Assembly (NCBI RefSeq): GCF_009914755.1
Contig: NC_060948.1
From: the human T2T-CHM13v2.0 reference genome, Homo sapiens
Direction: 5' to 3' (one strand)
DNA length: 64,000 nucleotides
The position numbers and the translations under genes are program-made. The notes beneath the pieces were generated by a model. It ran no database searches and was not told where the DNA came from. It was given only the letters and a program-made list of their open reading frames with translations. Positions 11,275-25,450 of this stretch are shown here, one piece after another (position 1 is the first letter of the stretch; each line of letters begins with the position of its first letter).

Positions 11275-14200
11275 GAATTCATTGGAATGGAAGGGAATGT
11301 AGTGTAATGGACAGGCCTGGAATAAAGTGGAATGCTACGGTCTCGAATGGTATAAAAATGTATGGAATGGAATGCAATGAAACGGAATTGAATGTCATAG
11401 AATGTAATGGAATGCAAAAAAATGGAATCCAAAATCATTGACTGGAAAGGCTGGGTGTCGAAAGGAATTGACTCCAATGGAATGGAATCGAATGGAATGG
11501 AAGTGAATAGAATCGAACTAAATCGAATGGAATGGAATTGATAGGAACGGAATGGAAAGGAATGCAATGATTTGGCATGGAATGCAATCGAATGGCATCG
11601 AATGGAATGGAATGGAATGCAATGGAATGGAATGTATTAGAATGTAATGAACTTTAATGGAATGTACTCGAATGGATTCGACTGGAATGGAATGTTCTGG
11701 AAGTGAATGGATTCCAATGGAATGGATTCCAAAGGAATGGAATCGTACGGAATGGAGTCTAATGGAATGGAATTAAATGGAAATGAATCAAATTGAATAG
11801 CACGGAATTGAATTGAATGGAATGGAATGCAATGGAATCTAATGAAACGGAAAGGAAAGGAATGGAATGGAATGGAATGGGCTGGAATGGAAAGGAATCG
11901 AAACGAATGGAATGGAATCGAAATGAAGAGACTGGAATGGAATGCACTGGAATGGAAGGGAGTGTAATGGAAGGTTCTCGAAAAAAATGGAATCGAATGG
12001 AATGGAATTGAATGGAACGGAATAGAGTCGAATGGAATTGAATGGAATGGAATGGACTAGAGTGAAATGGAATCGAACCACAAGGAATGGACAGGAATAG
12101 AATGGTCTCGAATTGAATGGAATCGTATGGAATGGCATCAAACGGAATGGAATGGACAGCCACGGAATGGAATGCACTCGAATGCAATGGAGTCGAAACT
12201 AATGGACTGGAATAGAATGGACTCGACTGGTACGGACTCCAATGGAATGGAATCGAATGGAAGGGAATCGAACGGAATGGACTCGAAGGGAAAAGACTGC
12301 AATGGAAAGGTCTCGAATGGAATGGAAATTAATTGAATGGAATGGAATCGAATGAAATGGAGTCAAAAGGAATGGAATCGAATGGCAAGAAATCGAATGT
12401 AATGGAATCGCAAGGAATTGATGTGAACGGAACGGAATGGAATGGAATCCAAAGGAATGGAATAGAATGGAATGGAATCGAATGGAAAGGACTCGAATGG
12501 AAATCACTCGAATAGAATGCAATTTAATAAAATAGGATCAAATGTAATGGAATGGAATGGAAAGGAATTGAAACGAAAGGAATGGAGACAGATGGAATGG
12601 AATGGAACAGAGAGCAATGGTATAGAATGGAATGGAATCATCTGGAATGGAATTGAATGGAATGGAATAATATGAAATGGAATGGAATGGAATGGAATGG
12701 AATGCCCTTGAATTAAATGGACCGGACTCGAACAGAGTGGAATGGAAAGTGTTGAGATAGAATGGAATGGACTCCTTTGGAATGGTGTAGTATGCAATGC
12801 AATCGACTGGCAGGGAATCAAAAGGAATGTAATGGAATGGATTGGACTGGAATGCAATGGACTCGAATAGATTGGAAACGGAATGCAAAGGAATAGAATG
12901 GAATAGTATGGAATGGAATGGAAAGGAATGGAGTGGAATAGACTAGAGTGGAATGGAATGGACTGGAAAGCAATGGACTGGAATGGAACTTTCTTGAATG
13001 GACTGGAATCAAACGGAATGGAATGCAATGCAATCAAACGGCATGGAATAAAATAGAATGAAAGAGAATCAAATGGAATTGAATCGAATGGAATCGAATG
13101 GGTTGGAAAGGAATAGAATGGAATGGAATGGAATTGACTCAAATGGAATGGACTAGAATGGAATGGATTCGAATGGAAGGCAAAGGAATGGAATCTTTTG
13201 GAATGGACTGTAATGGAATGGAATGGAAGGGATTGGAATGGACTCGAATGGAATGGACTGCAATAGATAGGATTCGAATGGAATGAAAAAGAATTGAATG
13301 GAATAGAACAGAATGGAATCAAATCGAATGAAATGGAATGGAATAGAAAGGAATGGAATGAAATGGAATGGAAAGGATTCGAATGGAATGCAATCGAATG
13401 GAATGGAATCGAACGGAATGGAATAAAATGGAAGAGAACTGGCAAGAAATGGAATCGAAATGAATGGAGTGTTATGGAACGGACTCAAAAGGAATTGAAT
13501 GTAATAGAATGGAGTGGAGTGGACTCGAATATAATGGACTGGAATGGAATGAAATCACATGGAATGGGAACGAATGGAATGGAATGGAAAGGAATGGAAT
13601 CGAATGGAAAGGAATCGAATGGAAGGGAATGAAATTGAATCAACAGGAATGGAAGGGAATAGAATAGACGGTAATGGAATGGACTCGAATAGAATGGACA
13701 CGAATGCTCAAATTGAATGGACTCGAATGGAATGGAAACGAAAGGAATGTCATCGAATGGAATTGAATCGATTGGAATGAAATGGCATAGAATGGAGTGG
13801 AATCAAATGGAATTGAATCGAAAGGAAAGGAAGCGAATGGACTGAAATGAAATGGAATGGAATTGAATGGAAAGTAATGCAATGGAATAGAATGGAACGA
13901 AATTTCACGGAATGGAATCAAACTGAATGGAATCAAATCAATGGAATCTAATCAAATGGAATGGAAAGGAATTGAATGGAATAGATTGGATTGGATGGGA
14001 TTGGAATGAAATGTACTGGAAAGGACTCGAATTTCATGAAACGGAATGGAATGAATTGGAACGGAATGGACTCGAATGGAATGGAATGTCATCGAATGGC
14101 ATCAAATGGAATGGCATCAAATGGAATGGAATCGAATGCAATGGAATGCTATGGAATGGAATGGAATGCATTGGAATGGAATGTCCTCTAATGGAATGGA

Positions 14201-14813
14201 TTCGAGTGGAATGGAATCGAATATAATGGAGTCGAATGAAATGGAATTGAAAGGAATGGGATCGAATACAATGGAATATACTGGAATGTAATGTAATGAA
14301 CTCGAATGTAATTGACTGGAATGGAATGTACATGAATGGAATGTAATCGAATGGAAAGTAATCCAATGGAATAGAATCTAATGCAATAAAATCGACTCAG
14401 ATAGAGTAGAATGTAATGGAATGGAGTGCAGTGCAATGGAATGGAATGGAATGGAATGCAATGGAATGGAATGGAATGGAATGGAATGGGATGGAATGGT
14501 ATGGAATGGACAGTAATGGACTGGAGTGAAATGGACTGGAAAGGAATGGACTCAAATTGAAAGGGCTCGAAAGGAATGGAGACAAATGGAATGGTCTGGA
14601 ATGGAATGAACACGAATGTAATGCAATCCAATAGAATGGAGTCGAATGGCATGGAATATAAAGAAATGGAATCGAAGAGAATGGAAACAAATGGAATGGA
14701 ATTGAATGGAATGGAATTGAATGGAATGGGAACGAATGGAGTGAAATTGTATGCAGTAGAAGAGAATAGAATGGAATGCAAGCGAAAGGAAAGGAATGGA
14801 TTGGAATGGAATG
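11275..14813 (+). repeat. Unit 4, B/A mosaic, 3539 bp
   Basis: GAATTC at 11275 and 14814. B deletion near 12720, then A/unit-3 markers from ~13039. Confidence 0.85.
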
Positions 14814-17800
14814 GAATTCATTGGAATGGAAGGGAATGTAGTGTAATGGACAGGCCTGGAATAAAGTGGAATGCTACGGTCTCGAATGGTATAAAAATGT
14901 ATGGAATGGAATGCAATGAAACGGAATCGAATGTCATAGAATGTAATGGAATGCAAAAAAATGGAATCCAAAATCATTGACTGGAAAGGCTGGGTGTCGA
15001 AAGGAATTGACTCCAATGGAATGGAATCGAATGGAATGGAAGTGAATAGAATCGAACTAAATCGAATGGAATGGAATTGATAGGAACGGAATGGAAAGGA
15101 ATGCAATGATTTGGCATGGAATGCAATCGAATGGCATCGAATGGAATGGAATGGAATGCAATGGAATGGAATGTATTAGAATGTAATGAACTTTAATGGA
15201 ATGTACTCGAATGGATTCGACTGGAATGGAATGTTCTGGAAGTGAATGGACTCCAATGGAATGGATTCCAAAGGAATGGAATCGTACGGAATGGAGTCTA
15301 ATGGAATGGAATTAAATGGAAATGAATCAAATTGAATAGCACGGAATTGAATTGAATGGAATGGAATGCAATGGAATCTAATGAAACGGAAAGGAAAGGA
15401 ATGGAATGGAATGGAATGGGCTGGAATGGAAAGGAATCGAAACGAATGGAATGGAATCGAAATGAAGAGACTGGAATGGAATGCACTGGAATGGAAGGGA
15501 GTGTAATGGAAGGTTCTCGAAAAAAATGGAATCGAATGGAATGGAATTGAATGGAACGGAATAGAGTCGAATGGAATTGAATGGAATGGAATGGACTAGA
15601 GTGAAATGGAATCGAACCACAAGGAATGGACAGGAATAGAATGGTCTCGAATTGAATGGAATCGTATGGAATGGCATCAAACGGAATGGAATGGACAGCC
15701 ACGGAATGGAATGCACTCGAATGCAATGGAGTCGAAACTAATGGACTGGAATAGAATGGACTCGACTGGTACGGACTCCAATGGAATGGAATCGAATGGA
15801 AGGGAATCGAACGGAATGGACTCGAAGGGAAAAGACTGCAATGGAAAGGTCTCCAATGGAATGGAAATTAATGGAATGGAATGGAATCGAATGAAATGGA
15901 GTCAAAAGGAATGGAATCGAATGGCAAGAAATCGAATGTAATGGAATCGCAAGGAATGGATGTGAACGGAACGGAATGGAATGGAATCCAAAGGAATGGA
16001 ATAGAATGGAATGGAATCGAATGGAAAGGACTCGAATGGAAATCACTCGAATAGAATGCAATTTAATAAAATAGGATCAAATGTAATGGAATGGAATGGA
16101 AAGGAATCGAAACGAAAGGAATGGAGACAGATGGAATGGAATGGAACAGAGAGCAATGGTATAGAATGGAATGGAATCATCTGGAATGGAATTGAATGGA
16201 ATGGAATAATATGAAATGGAATGGAATGGAATGGAATGGAATGCCCTTGAATTAAATGGACCGGACTCGAACAGAGTGGAATGGAAAGTGTTGAGATAGA
16301 ATGGAATGGACTCCTTTGGAATGGTGTAGTATGCAATGCAATCGACTGGCAGGGAATCAAAAGGAATGTAATGGAATGGATTGGACTGGAATGCAATGGA
16401 CTCGAATAGATTGGAAACGGAATGCAAAGGAATAGAATGGAATAGTATGGAATGGAATGGAAAGGAATGGAGTGGAATAGACTAGAGTGGAATGGAATGG
16501 ACTGGAAAGCAATGGACTGGAATGGAACTTTCTTGAATGGACTGGAATCAAACGGAATGGAATGCAATGCAATCAAATGGCATGGAATAAAAGAGAATGA
16601 AAGAGAATCAAATGGAATTGAATCGAATGGAATCGAATGGATTGGAAAGGAATAGAATGGAATGGAATGGAATTGACTCAAATGGAATGGACTAGAATGG
16701 AATGGATTCGAATGGAAGGCAAAGGAATGGAATCTATTGGAATGGACTGTAATGGAATGGAATGGAAGGGATTGGAATGGACTCGAATGGAATGGACTGC
16801 AATAGAAAGGACTCGAATGGAATGAAAAAGAATTGAATGGAATAGAACAGAACGGAATCAAATCGAATGAAATGGAATGGAATAGAAAGGAATGGAATGA
16901 AATGGAATGGAAAGGATTCGAATGGAATGCAATCGAATGGAATGGAATCGAACGGAATGGAATAAAATGGAAGAAAACTGGCAAGAAATGGAATCGAAAG
17001 GAATGGAGTGTTATGGAACGGACTCAAAAGGAATTGAATGTAATAGAATGGAGTGGAGTGGACTCGAATATAATGGACTGGAATGGAATGAAATCACATG
17101 GAATGGGAACGAATGGAATGGAATGGAAAGGAATGGAATCGAATGGAAAGGAATCGAATGGAAGGGAATGAAATTGAATCAACAGGAATGGAAGGGAATA
17201 GAATAGACGGTAATGGAATGGACTCGAATAGAATGGACACGAATGCTCAAATTGAATGGACTCGAATGGAATGGAAACGAAAGGAATGTCATCGAATGGA
17301 ATTGAATCGATTGGAATGAAATGGCATAGAATGGAGTGGAATCAAATGGAATTGAATCGAAAGGAAAGGAAGCGAATGGACTGAAATGAAATGGAATGGA
17401 ATTGAATGGAAAGTAATGCAATGGAATAGAATGGAACGAAATTTCACGGAATGGAATCAAACTGAATGGAATCAAATCAATGGAATCTAATCAAATGGAA
17501 TGGAAAGGAATTGAATGGAATAGATTGGATTGGATGGGATTGGAATGAAATGTACTGGAAAGGACTCGAATTTCATGAAACGGAATGGAATGAATTGGAA
17601 CGGAGTGGACTCGAATGGAATGGAATGTCATGGAATGGCATCAAATGGAATGGCATCAAATGGAATGGAATCGAATGCAATGGAATGCTATGGAATGGAA
17701 TGGAATGCATTGGAATGGAATGTCCTCTAATGGAATGGATTCGAGTGGAATGGAATCGAATATAATGGAGTCGAATGAAATGGAATTGAAAGGAATGGGA

Positions 17801-18357
17801 TCGAATACAATGGAATATACTGGAATGTAATGTAATGAACTCGAATGTAATTGACTGGAATGGAATGTACATGAATGGAATGTAATCGAATGGAAAGTAA
17901 TCCAATGGAATAGAATCTAATGCAATAAAATCGACTCAGATAGAGTAGAATGTAATGGAATGGAGTGCAGTGCAATGCAATTGAATGGAATGGAATGCAA
18001 TGGAATGGAATGGAATGGAATGGAATGGAATGGAATGGAATGGAATGGGATGGAATGGTATGGAATGGATAGTAATGGACTGGAGTGAAATGGACTGGAA
18101 AGGAATGGACTCAAATTGAAAGGGCTCGAAAGGAATGGAGTCAAATGGAATGGTCTGGAATGGAATGAACACGAATGTAATGCAATCCAATAGAATGGAA
18201 TCGAATGGCATGGAATATAAAGAAATGGAATCGAAGAGAATGGAAACAAATGGAATGGAATTTAATGGAATGGGAACGAATGGAGTGAAATTGTATGCAG
18301 TAGAAGAGAATAGAATGGAATGCAAGCGAAAGGAAAGGAATGGATTGGAATGGAATG
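14814..18357 (+). repeat. Unit 5, subtype B with long-tract tail, 3544 bp
   Basis: GAATTC at 14814 and 18358. ggaccgg near 16260, (GGAAT)9 at 18002-18046, 15 bp deletion near 18260. Confidence 0.9.
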
Positions 18358-21300
18358 GAATTCATTGGAATGGAAGGGAATGTAGTGTAATGGACAGGCC
18401 TGGAATAAAGTGGAATGCTACGGTCTCGAATGGAATAAAAATGTATGGAATGGAATGCAATGAAACGGAATCGAATGTCATAGAATGTAATGGAATGCAA
18501 AAAAATGGAATCCAAAATCATTGACTGGAAAGGCTGGGTGTCGAAAGGAATTGACTCCAATGGAATGGAATCGAATGGAATGGAAGTGAATAGAATCGAA
18601 CTAAATCGAATGGAATGGAATTGATAGGAACGGAATGGAAAGGAATGCAATGATTTGGCATGGAATGGAATCGAATGGCATCGAATGGAATGGAATGGAA
18701 TGCAATGGAATGGAATGTATTAGAATGTAATGAACTTTAATGGAATGTACTCGAATGGATTCGACTGGAATGGAATGTTCTGGAAGTGAATGGACTCCAA
18801 TGGAATGGATTCAAAAGGAATGGAATCGTACGGAATGGAATCTAATGGAATGGAATTAAATGGAAATGAATCAAATTGAATAGCACGGAATTGAATTGAA
18901 TGGAATGGAATGCAATGGAATCTAATGAAATGGAAAGGAAAGGAATGGAATGGAATGGAATGGGCTGGAATGGAAAGGAATCGAAACGAATAGAATGGAA
19001 TCGAAGTGAAGAGACTGGAATGGAATGCACTGGAATGGAAGGGAGTGTAATGGAAGGTTCTCGAAAAAAATGGAATCGAATGGAATGGAATTGAATGGAA
19101 CGGAATAGAGTCGAATGGAATTGAATGGAATGGAATGGACTAGAGTGAAATGGAATCGAACCACAAGGAATGGACAGGAATAGAATGGTCTCGAATTGAA
19201 TGGAATCGTATGGAATGGCATCAAACGGAATGGAATGGACAGCCACGGAATGGAATGCACTCGAATGCAATGGAGTCGAAACTAATGGACTGGAATAGAA
19301 TGGACTCGACTGGTACGGACTCCAATGGAATGGAATCGAATGGAAGGGAATCGAACGGAATGGACTCGAAGGGAAAAGACTGCAATGGAAAGGTCTCAAA
19401 TGGAATGGAAATTAATGGAATGGAATGGAATCGAATGAAATGGAGTCAAAAGGAATGGAATCGAATGGCAAGAAATCGAATGTAATGGAATCGCAAGGAA
19501 TTGATGTGAACAGAACGGAATGGAATGGAATCCAAAGGAATGGAATAGAATGGAATGGAATCGAATGGAAAGGACTCGAATGGAAATCACTCGAATAGAA
19601 TGCAATTTAATAAAATAGGATCAAATGTAATGGAATGGAATGGAAAGGAATCGAAACGAAAGGAATGGAGACAGATGGAATGGAATGGAACAGAGAGCAA
19701 TGGTATAGAATGGAATGGAATCATCTGGAATGGAATTGAATGGAATGGAATAATATGAAATGGAATGGAATGGAATGGAATGGAATGGAATGCCCTTGAA
19801 TTAAATGGACTGGAATGGAATGGACTCGAACAGAGTGGAATGGAAAGTTTTGAGATAGAATGGAATGGACTCCTTTGGAATGGTGTAGTATGCAATGCAA
19901 TCGACTGGCAGGGAATCAAAAGGAATGTAATCGAATGGATTGGACTGGAATGCAATGGACTCGAATAGATTGGAAACGGAATGCAAAGGAATGGAATGGA
20001 ATAGTATGGAATGGAATGGAAAGGAATGGAGTGGAATAGACTAGAGTGGAATGGAATGGACTGGAAAGCAATGGACTGGAATGGAACTTTCTTGAATGGA
20101 CTGGAATCAAACGGAATGGAATGCAATGCAATCAAACGGCATGGAATAAAATAGAATGAAAGAGAATCAAATGGAATTGAATCGAATGGAATCGAATGGG
20201 TTGGAAAGGAATAGAATGGAATGGAATGGAATTGACTCAAATGGAATGGACTAGAATGGAATGGATTCGAATGGAAGGCAAAGGAATGGAATCTTTTGGA
20301 ATGGACTGTAATGGAATGGAATGGAAGGGATTGGAATGGACTCGAATGGAATGGACTGCAATAGATAGGATTCGAATGGAATGAAAAAGAATTGAATGGA
20401 ATAGAACAGAATGGAATCAAATCGAATGAAATGGAATGGAATAGAAAGGAATGGAATGAAATGGAATGGAAAGGAGTCGAATGGAATGCAATCGAATGGA
20501 ATGGAATCGAACGGAATGGAATAAAATGGAAGAAAACTGGCAAGAAATGGAATCGAAATGAATGGAGTGTTATGGAACGGACTCAAAAGGAATTGAATGT
20601 AACAGAATGGAGTGGAGTGGACTCGAATATAATGGACTGGAATGGAATGAAATCACATGGAATGGGAACGAATGGAATGGAATGGAAAGGAATGGAATCG
20701 AATGGAAAGGAATCGAATGGAAGGGAATGAAATTGAATCAACAGGAATGGAAGGGAATAGAATAGACGGTAATGGAATGGACTCGAATAGAATGGACACG
20801 AATGCTCAAATTGAATGGACTCGAATGGAATGGAAACGAAAGGAATGTCATCGAATGGAATTGAATCGATTGGAATGAAATCGCATAGAATGGAGTGGAA
20901 TCAAATGGAATTGAATCGAAAGGAAAGGAAGCGAATGGACTGAAATGAAATGGAATGGAATTGAATGGAAAGTAATGCAATGGAATAGAATGGAACGAAA
21001 TTTCACGGAATGGAATCAAACTGAATGGAATCAAATCAATGGAATCTAATCAAATGGAATGGAAAGGAATTGAATGGAGTAGATTGGATTGGATGGGATT
21101 GGAATGAAATGTACTGGAAAGGACTCGAATTTCATGAAACGGAATGGAATGAATTGGAACGGAATGGACTCGAATGGAATGGAATGTCATCGAATGGCAT
21201 CAAATGGAATGGCATCAAATGGAATGGAATCGAATGCAATGGAATGCTATGGAATGGAATGGAATGCATTGGAATGGAATGTCCTCTAATGGAATGGATT

Positions 21301-21911
21301 CGAGTGGAATGGAATCGAATATAATGGAGTCGAATGAAATGGAATTGAAAAGAATGGGATCGAACACAATGGAATATACTGGAATGTAATGTAATGAACT
21401 CGAATGTAATTGACTGGAATGGAATGTACATGAATGGAATGTAATCGAATGAAAAGTAATCCAATGGAATAGAATGTAATGCAATAAAATCGACTCAGAT
21501 AGAGTAGAATGTAATGGAATGGAGTTCAGTGCAATGGAATGGAATGGAATGGAATGCAATGGAATGGAATGGAATGGAATGGAATGGGATGGAATGGTAT
21601 GGAATGGATAGTAATGGACTGGAGTGAAATGGACTGGAATGGAATGGACTCAAATTGAAAGGGCTCGAAAGGAATGGAGACAAATGGAATGGTCTGGAAT
21701 GGAATGAACACGAATGTAATGCAATCCAATAGAATGGAGTCGAATGGCATGGAATATAAAGAAATGGAATCGAAGAGAATGGAAACAAATGGAATGGAAT
21801 TGAATGGAATGGAATTGAATGGAATGGGAACGAATGGAGTGAAATTGTATGCAGTAGAAGAGAATAGAATGGAATGCAAGCGAAAGGAAAGGAATGGATT
21901 GGAATGGAATG
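18358..21911 (+). repeat. Unit 6, subtype A, 3554 bp
   Basis: GAATTC at 18358 and 21912. A markers. The tail carries aaatcgcata, gaaaagtaat and ggagttcagt. Confidence 0.9.
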
Positions 21912-24900
21912 GAATTCATTGGAATGGAAGGGAATGTAGTGTAATGGACAGGCCTGGAATAAAGTGGAATGCTACGGTCTCGAATGGTATAAAAATGTAT
22001 GGAATGGAATGCAATGAAACGGAATCGAATGTCATAGAATGTAATGGAATGCAAAAAAATGGAATCCAAAATCATTGACTGGAAAGGCTGGGTGTCGAAA
22101 GGAATTGACTCCAATGGAATGGAATCGAATGGAATGGAAGTGAATAGAATCGAACTAAATCGAATGGAATGGAATTGATAGGAACGGAATGGAAAGGAAT
22201 GCAATGATTTGGCATGGAATGCAATCGAATGGCATCGAATGGAATGGAATGGAATGCAATGGAATGGAATGTATTAGAATGTAATGAACTTTAATGGAAT
22301 GTACTCGAATGGATTCGACTGGAATGGAATGTTCTGGAAGTGAATGGACTCCAATGGAATGGATTCCAAAGGAATGGAATCGTACGGAATGGAATCTAAT
22401 GGAATGGAATTAAATGGAAATGAATCAAATTGAATAGCACGGAATTGAATTGAATGGAATGGAATGCAATGGAATCTAATGAAACGGAAAGGAAAGGAAT
22501 GGAATGGAATGGAATGGGCTGGAATGGAAAGGAATCGAAACGAATGGAATGGAATCGAACTGAAGAGACTGGAATGGAATGCACTGGAATGGAAGGGGGT
22601 GTAATGGAAGGTTCTCGAAAAAAATGGAATCGAATGGAATGGAATTGAATGGAACGGAATAGAGTCGAATGGAATTGAATGGAATGGAATGGACTAGAGT
22701 GAAATGGAATCGAACCACAAGGAATGGACAGGAATAGTATGGTCTCGAATTGAATGGAATCGTATGGAATGGCATCAAACGGAATGGAATGGACAGCCAC
22801 GGAATGGAATGCACTCGAATGCAATGGAGTCGAAACTAATGGACTGGAATAGAATGGACTCGACTGGTACGGACTCCAATGGAATGGAATCGAATGGAAG
22901 GGAATCGAACGGAATGGACTCGAAGGGAAAAGACTGCAATGGAAAGGTCTCGAATGGAATGGAAATTAATTGAATGGAATGGAATCGAATGAAATGGAGT
23001 CAAAAGGAATGGAATCGAATGGCAAGAAATCGAATGTAATGGAATCGCAAGGAATTGATGTGAACGGAACGGAATGGAATGGAATCCAAAGGAATGGAAT
23101 AGAATGGAATGGAATCGAATGGAAAGGACTCGAATGGAAATCACTCGAATAGAATGCAATTTAATAAAATAGGATCAAATGTAATGGAATGGAATGGAAA
23201 GGAATCGAAACGAAAGGAATGGAGACAGATGGAATGGAATGGAACAGAGAGCAATGGTATAGAATGGAATGGAATCATCTGGAATGGAATTGAATGGAAT
23301 GGAATAATATGAAATGGAATGGAATGGAATGGAATGGAATGCCCTTGAATTAAATGGACCGGACTCGAACAGAGTGGAATGGAAAGTGTTGAGATAGAAT
23401 GGAATGGACTCCTTTGGAATGGTGTAGTATGCAATGCAATCGACTGGCAGGGAATCAAAAGGAATGTAATGGAATGGATTGGACTGGAATGCAATGGACT
23501 CGAATAGATTGGAAACGGAATGCAAAGGAATAGAATGGAATAATATGGAATGGAATGGAAAGGAATGGAGTGGAATAGACTAGAGTGGAATGGAATGGAC
23601 TGGAAAGCAATGGACTGGAATGGAACTTTCTTGAATGGACTGGAATCAAACGGAATGGAATGCAATGCAATCAAATGGCATGGAATAAAATAGAATGAAA
23701 GAGAATCAAATGGAATTGAATTGAATGGAATCGAATGGATTGGAAAGGAATAGAATGGAATGGAATGGAATTGACTCAAATGGAATGGACTAGAATGGAA
23801 TGGATTCGAATGGAAGGCAAAGGAATGGAATCTATTGGAATGGACTGTAATGGAATGGAATGGAAGGGATTGGAATGGACTCGAATGGAATGGACTGCAA
23901 TAGAAAGGACTCGAATGGAATGAAAAAGAATTGAATGGAATAGAACAGAATGGAATCAAATCGAATGAAATGGAATGGAATAGAAAGGAATGGAATGAAA
24001 TGGAATGGAAAGGATTCGAATGGAATGCAATCGAATGGAATGGAATCGAACGGAATGGAATAAAATGGAAGAAAACTGGCTAGAAATGGAATCGAAAGGA
24101 ATGGAGTGTTATGGAACGGACTCAAAAGGAATTGAATGTAATAGAATGGAGTGGAGTGGACTCGAATATAATGGACTGGAATGGAATGAAATCACATGGA
24201 ATGGGAACGAATGGAATGGAATGGAAAGGAATGGAATCGAATGGAAAGGAATCGAATGGAAGGGAATGAAATTGAATCAACAGGAATGGAAGGGAATAGA
24301 ATAGACGGTAATGGAATGGACTCGAATAGAATGGACACGAATGCTCAAATTGAATGGACTCGAATGGAATGGAAACGAAAGGAATGTCATCGAATGGAAT
24401 TGAATCGATTGGAATGAAATGGCATAGAATGGAGTGGAATCAAATGGAATTGAATCGAAAGGAAAGGAAGCGAATGGACTGAAATGAAATGGAATGGAAT
24501 TGAATGGAAAGTAATGCAATGGAATAGAATGGAACGAAATTTCACGGAATGGAATCAAACTGAATGGAATCAAATCAATGGAATCTAATCAAATGGAATG
24601 GAAAGGAATTGAATGGAATAGATTGGATTGGATGGGATTGGAATGAAATGTACTGGAAAGGACTCGAATTTCATGAAACGGAATGGAATGAATTGGAACG
24701 GAGTGGACTCGAATGGAATGGAATGTCATGGAATGGCATCAAATGGAATGGCATCAAATGGAATGGAATCGAATGCAATGGAATGCTATGGAATGGAATG
24801 GAATGCATTGGAATGGAATGTCCTCTAATGGAATGGATTCGAGTGGAATGGAATCGAATATAATGGAGTCGAATGAAATGGAATTGAAAGGAATGGGATC

Positions 24901-25450
24901 GAATACAATGGAATATACTGGAATGTAATGTAATGAACTCGAATGTAATTGACTGGAATGGAATGTACATGAATGGAATGTAATCGAATGGAAAGTAATC
25001 CAATGGAATAGAATCTAATGCAATAAAATCGACTCAGATAGAGTAGAATGTAATGGAATGGAGTGCAGTGCAATGCAATTGAATGGAATGGAATGCAATG
25101 GAATGGAATGGAATGGAATGGAATGGAATGGAATGGAATGGGATGGAATGGTATGGAATGGATAGTAATGGACTGGAGTGAAATGGACTGGAAAGGAATG
25201 GACTCAAATTGAAAGGGCTCGAAAGGAATGGAGTCAAATGGAATGGTCTGGAATGGAATGAACACGAATGTAATGCAATCCAATAGAATGGAATCGAATG
25301 GCATGGAATATAAAGAAATGGAATCGAAGAGAATGGAAACAAATGGAATGGAATTGAATGGAATGGGAACGAATGGAGTGAAATTGTATGCAGTAGAAGA
25401 GAATAGAATGGAATGCAAGCGAAAGGAAAGGAATGGATTGGAATGGAATG
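21912..25450 (+). repeat. Unit 7, subtype B with long-tract tail, 3539 bp
   Basis: GAATTC at 21912 and 25451. ggaccgg near 23357, (GGAAT)8 tract and 15 bp deletion in the tail. Confidence 0.9.
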
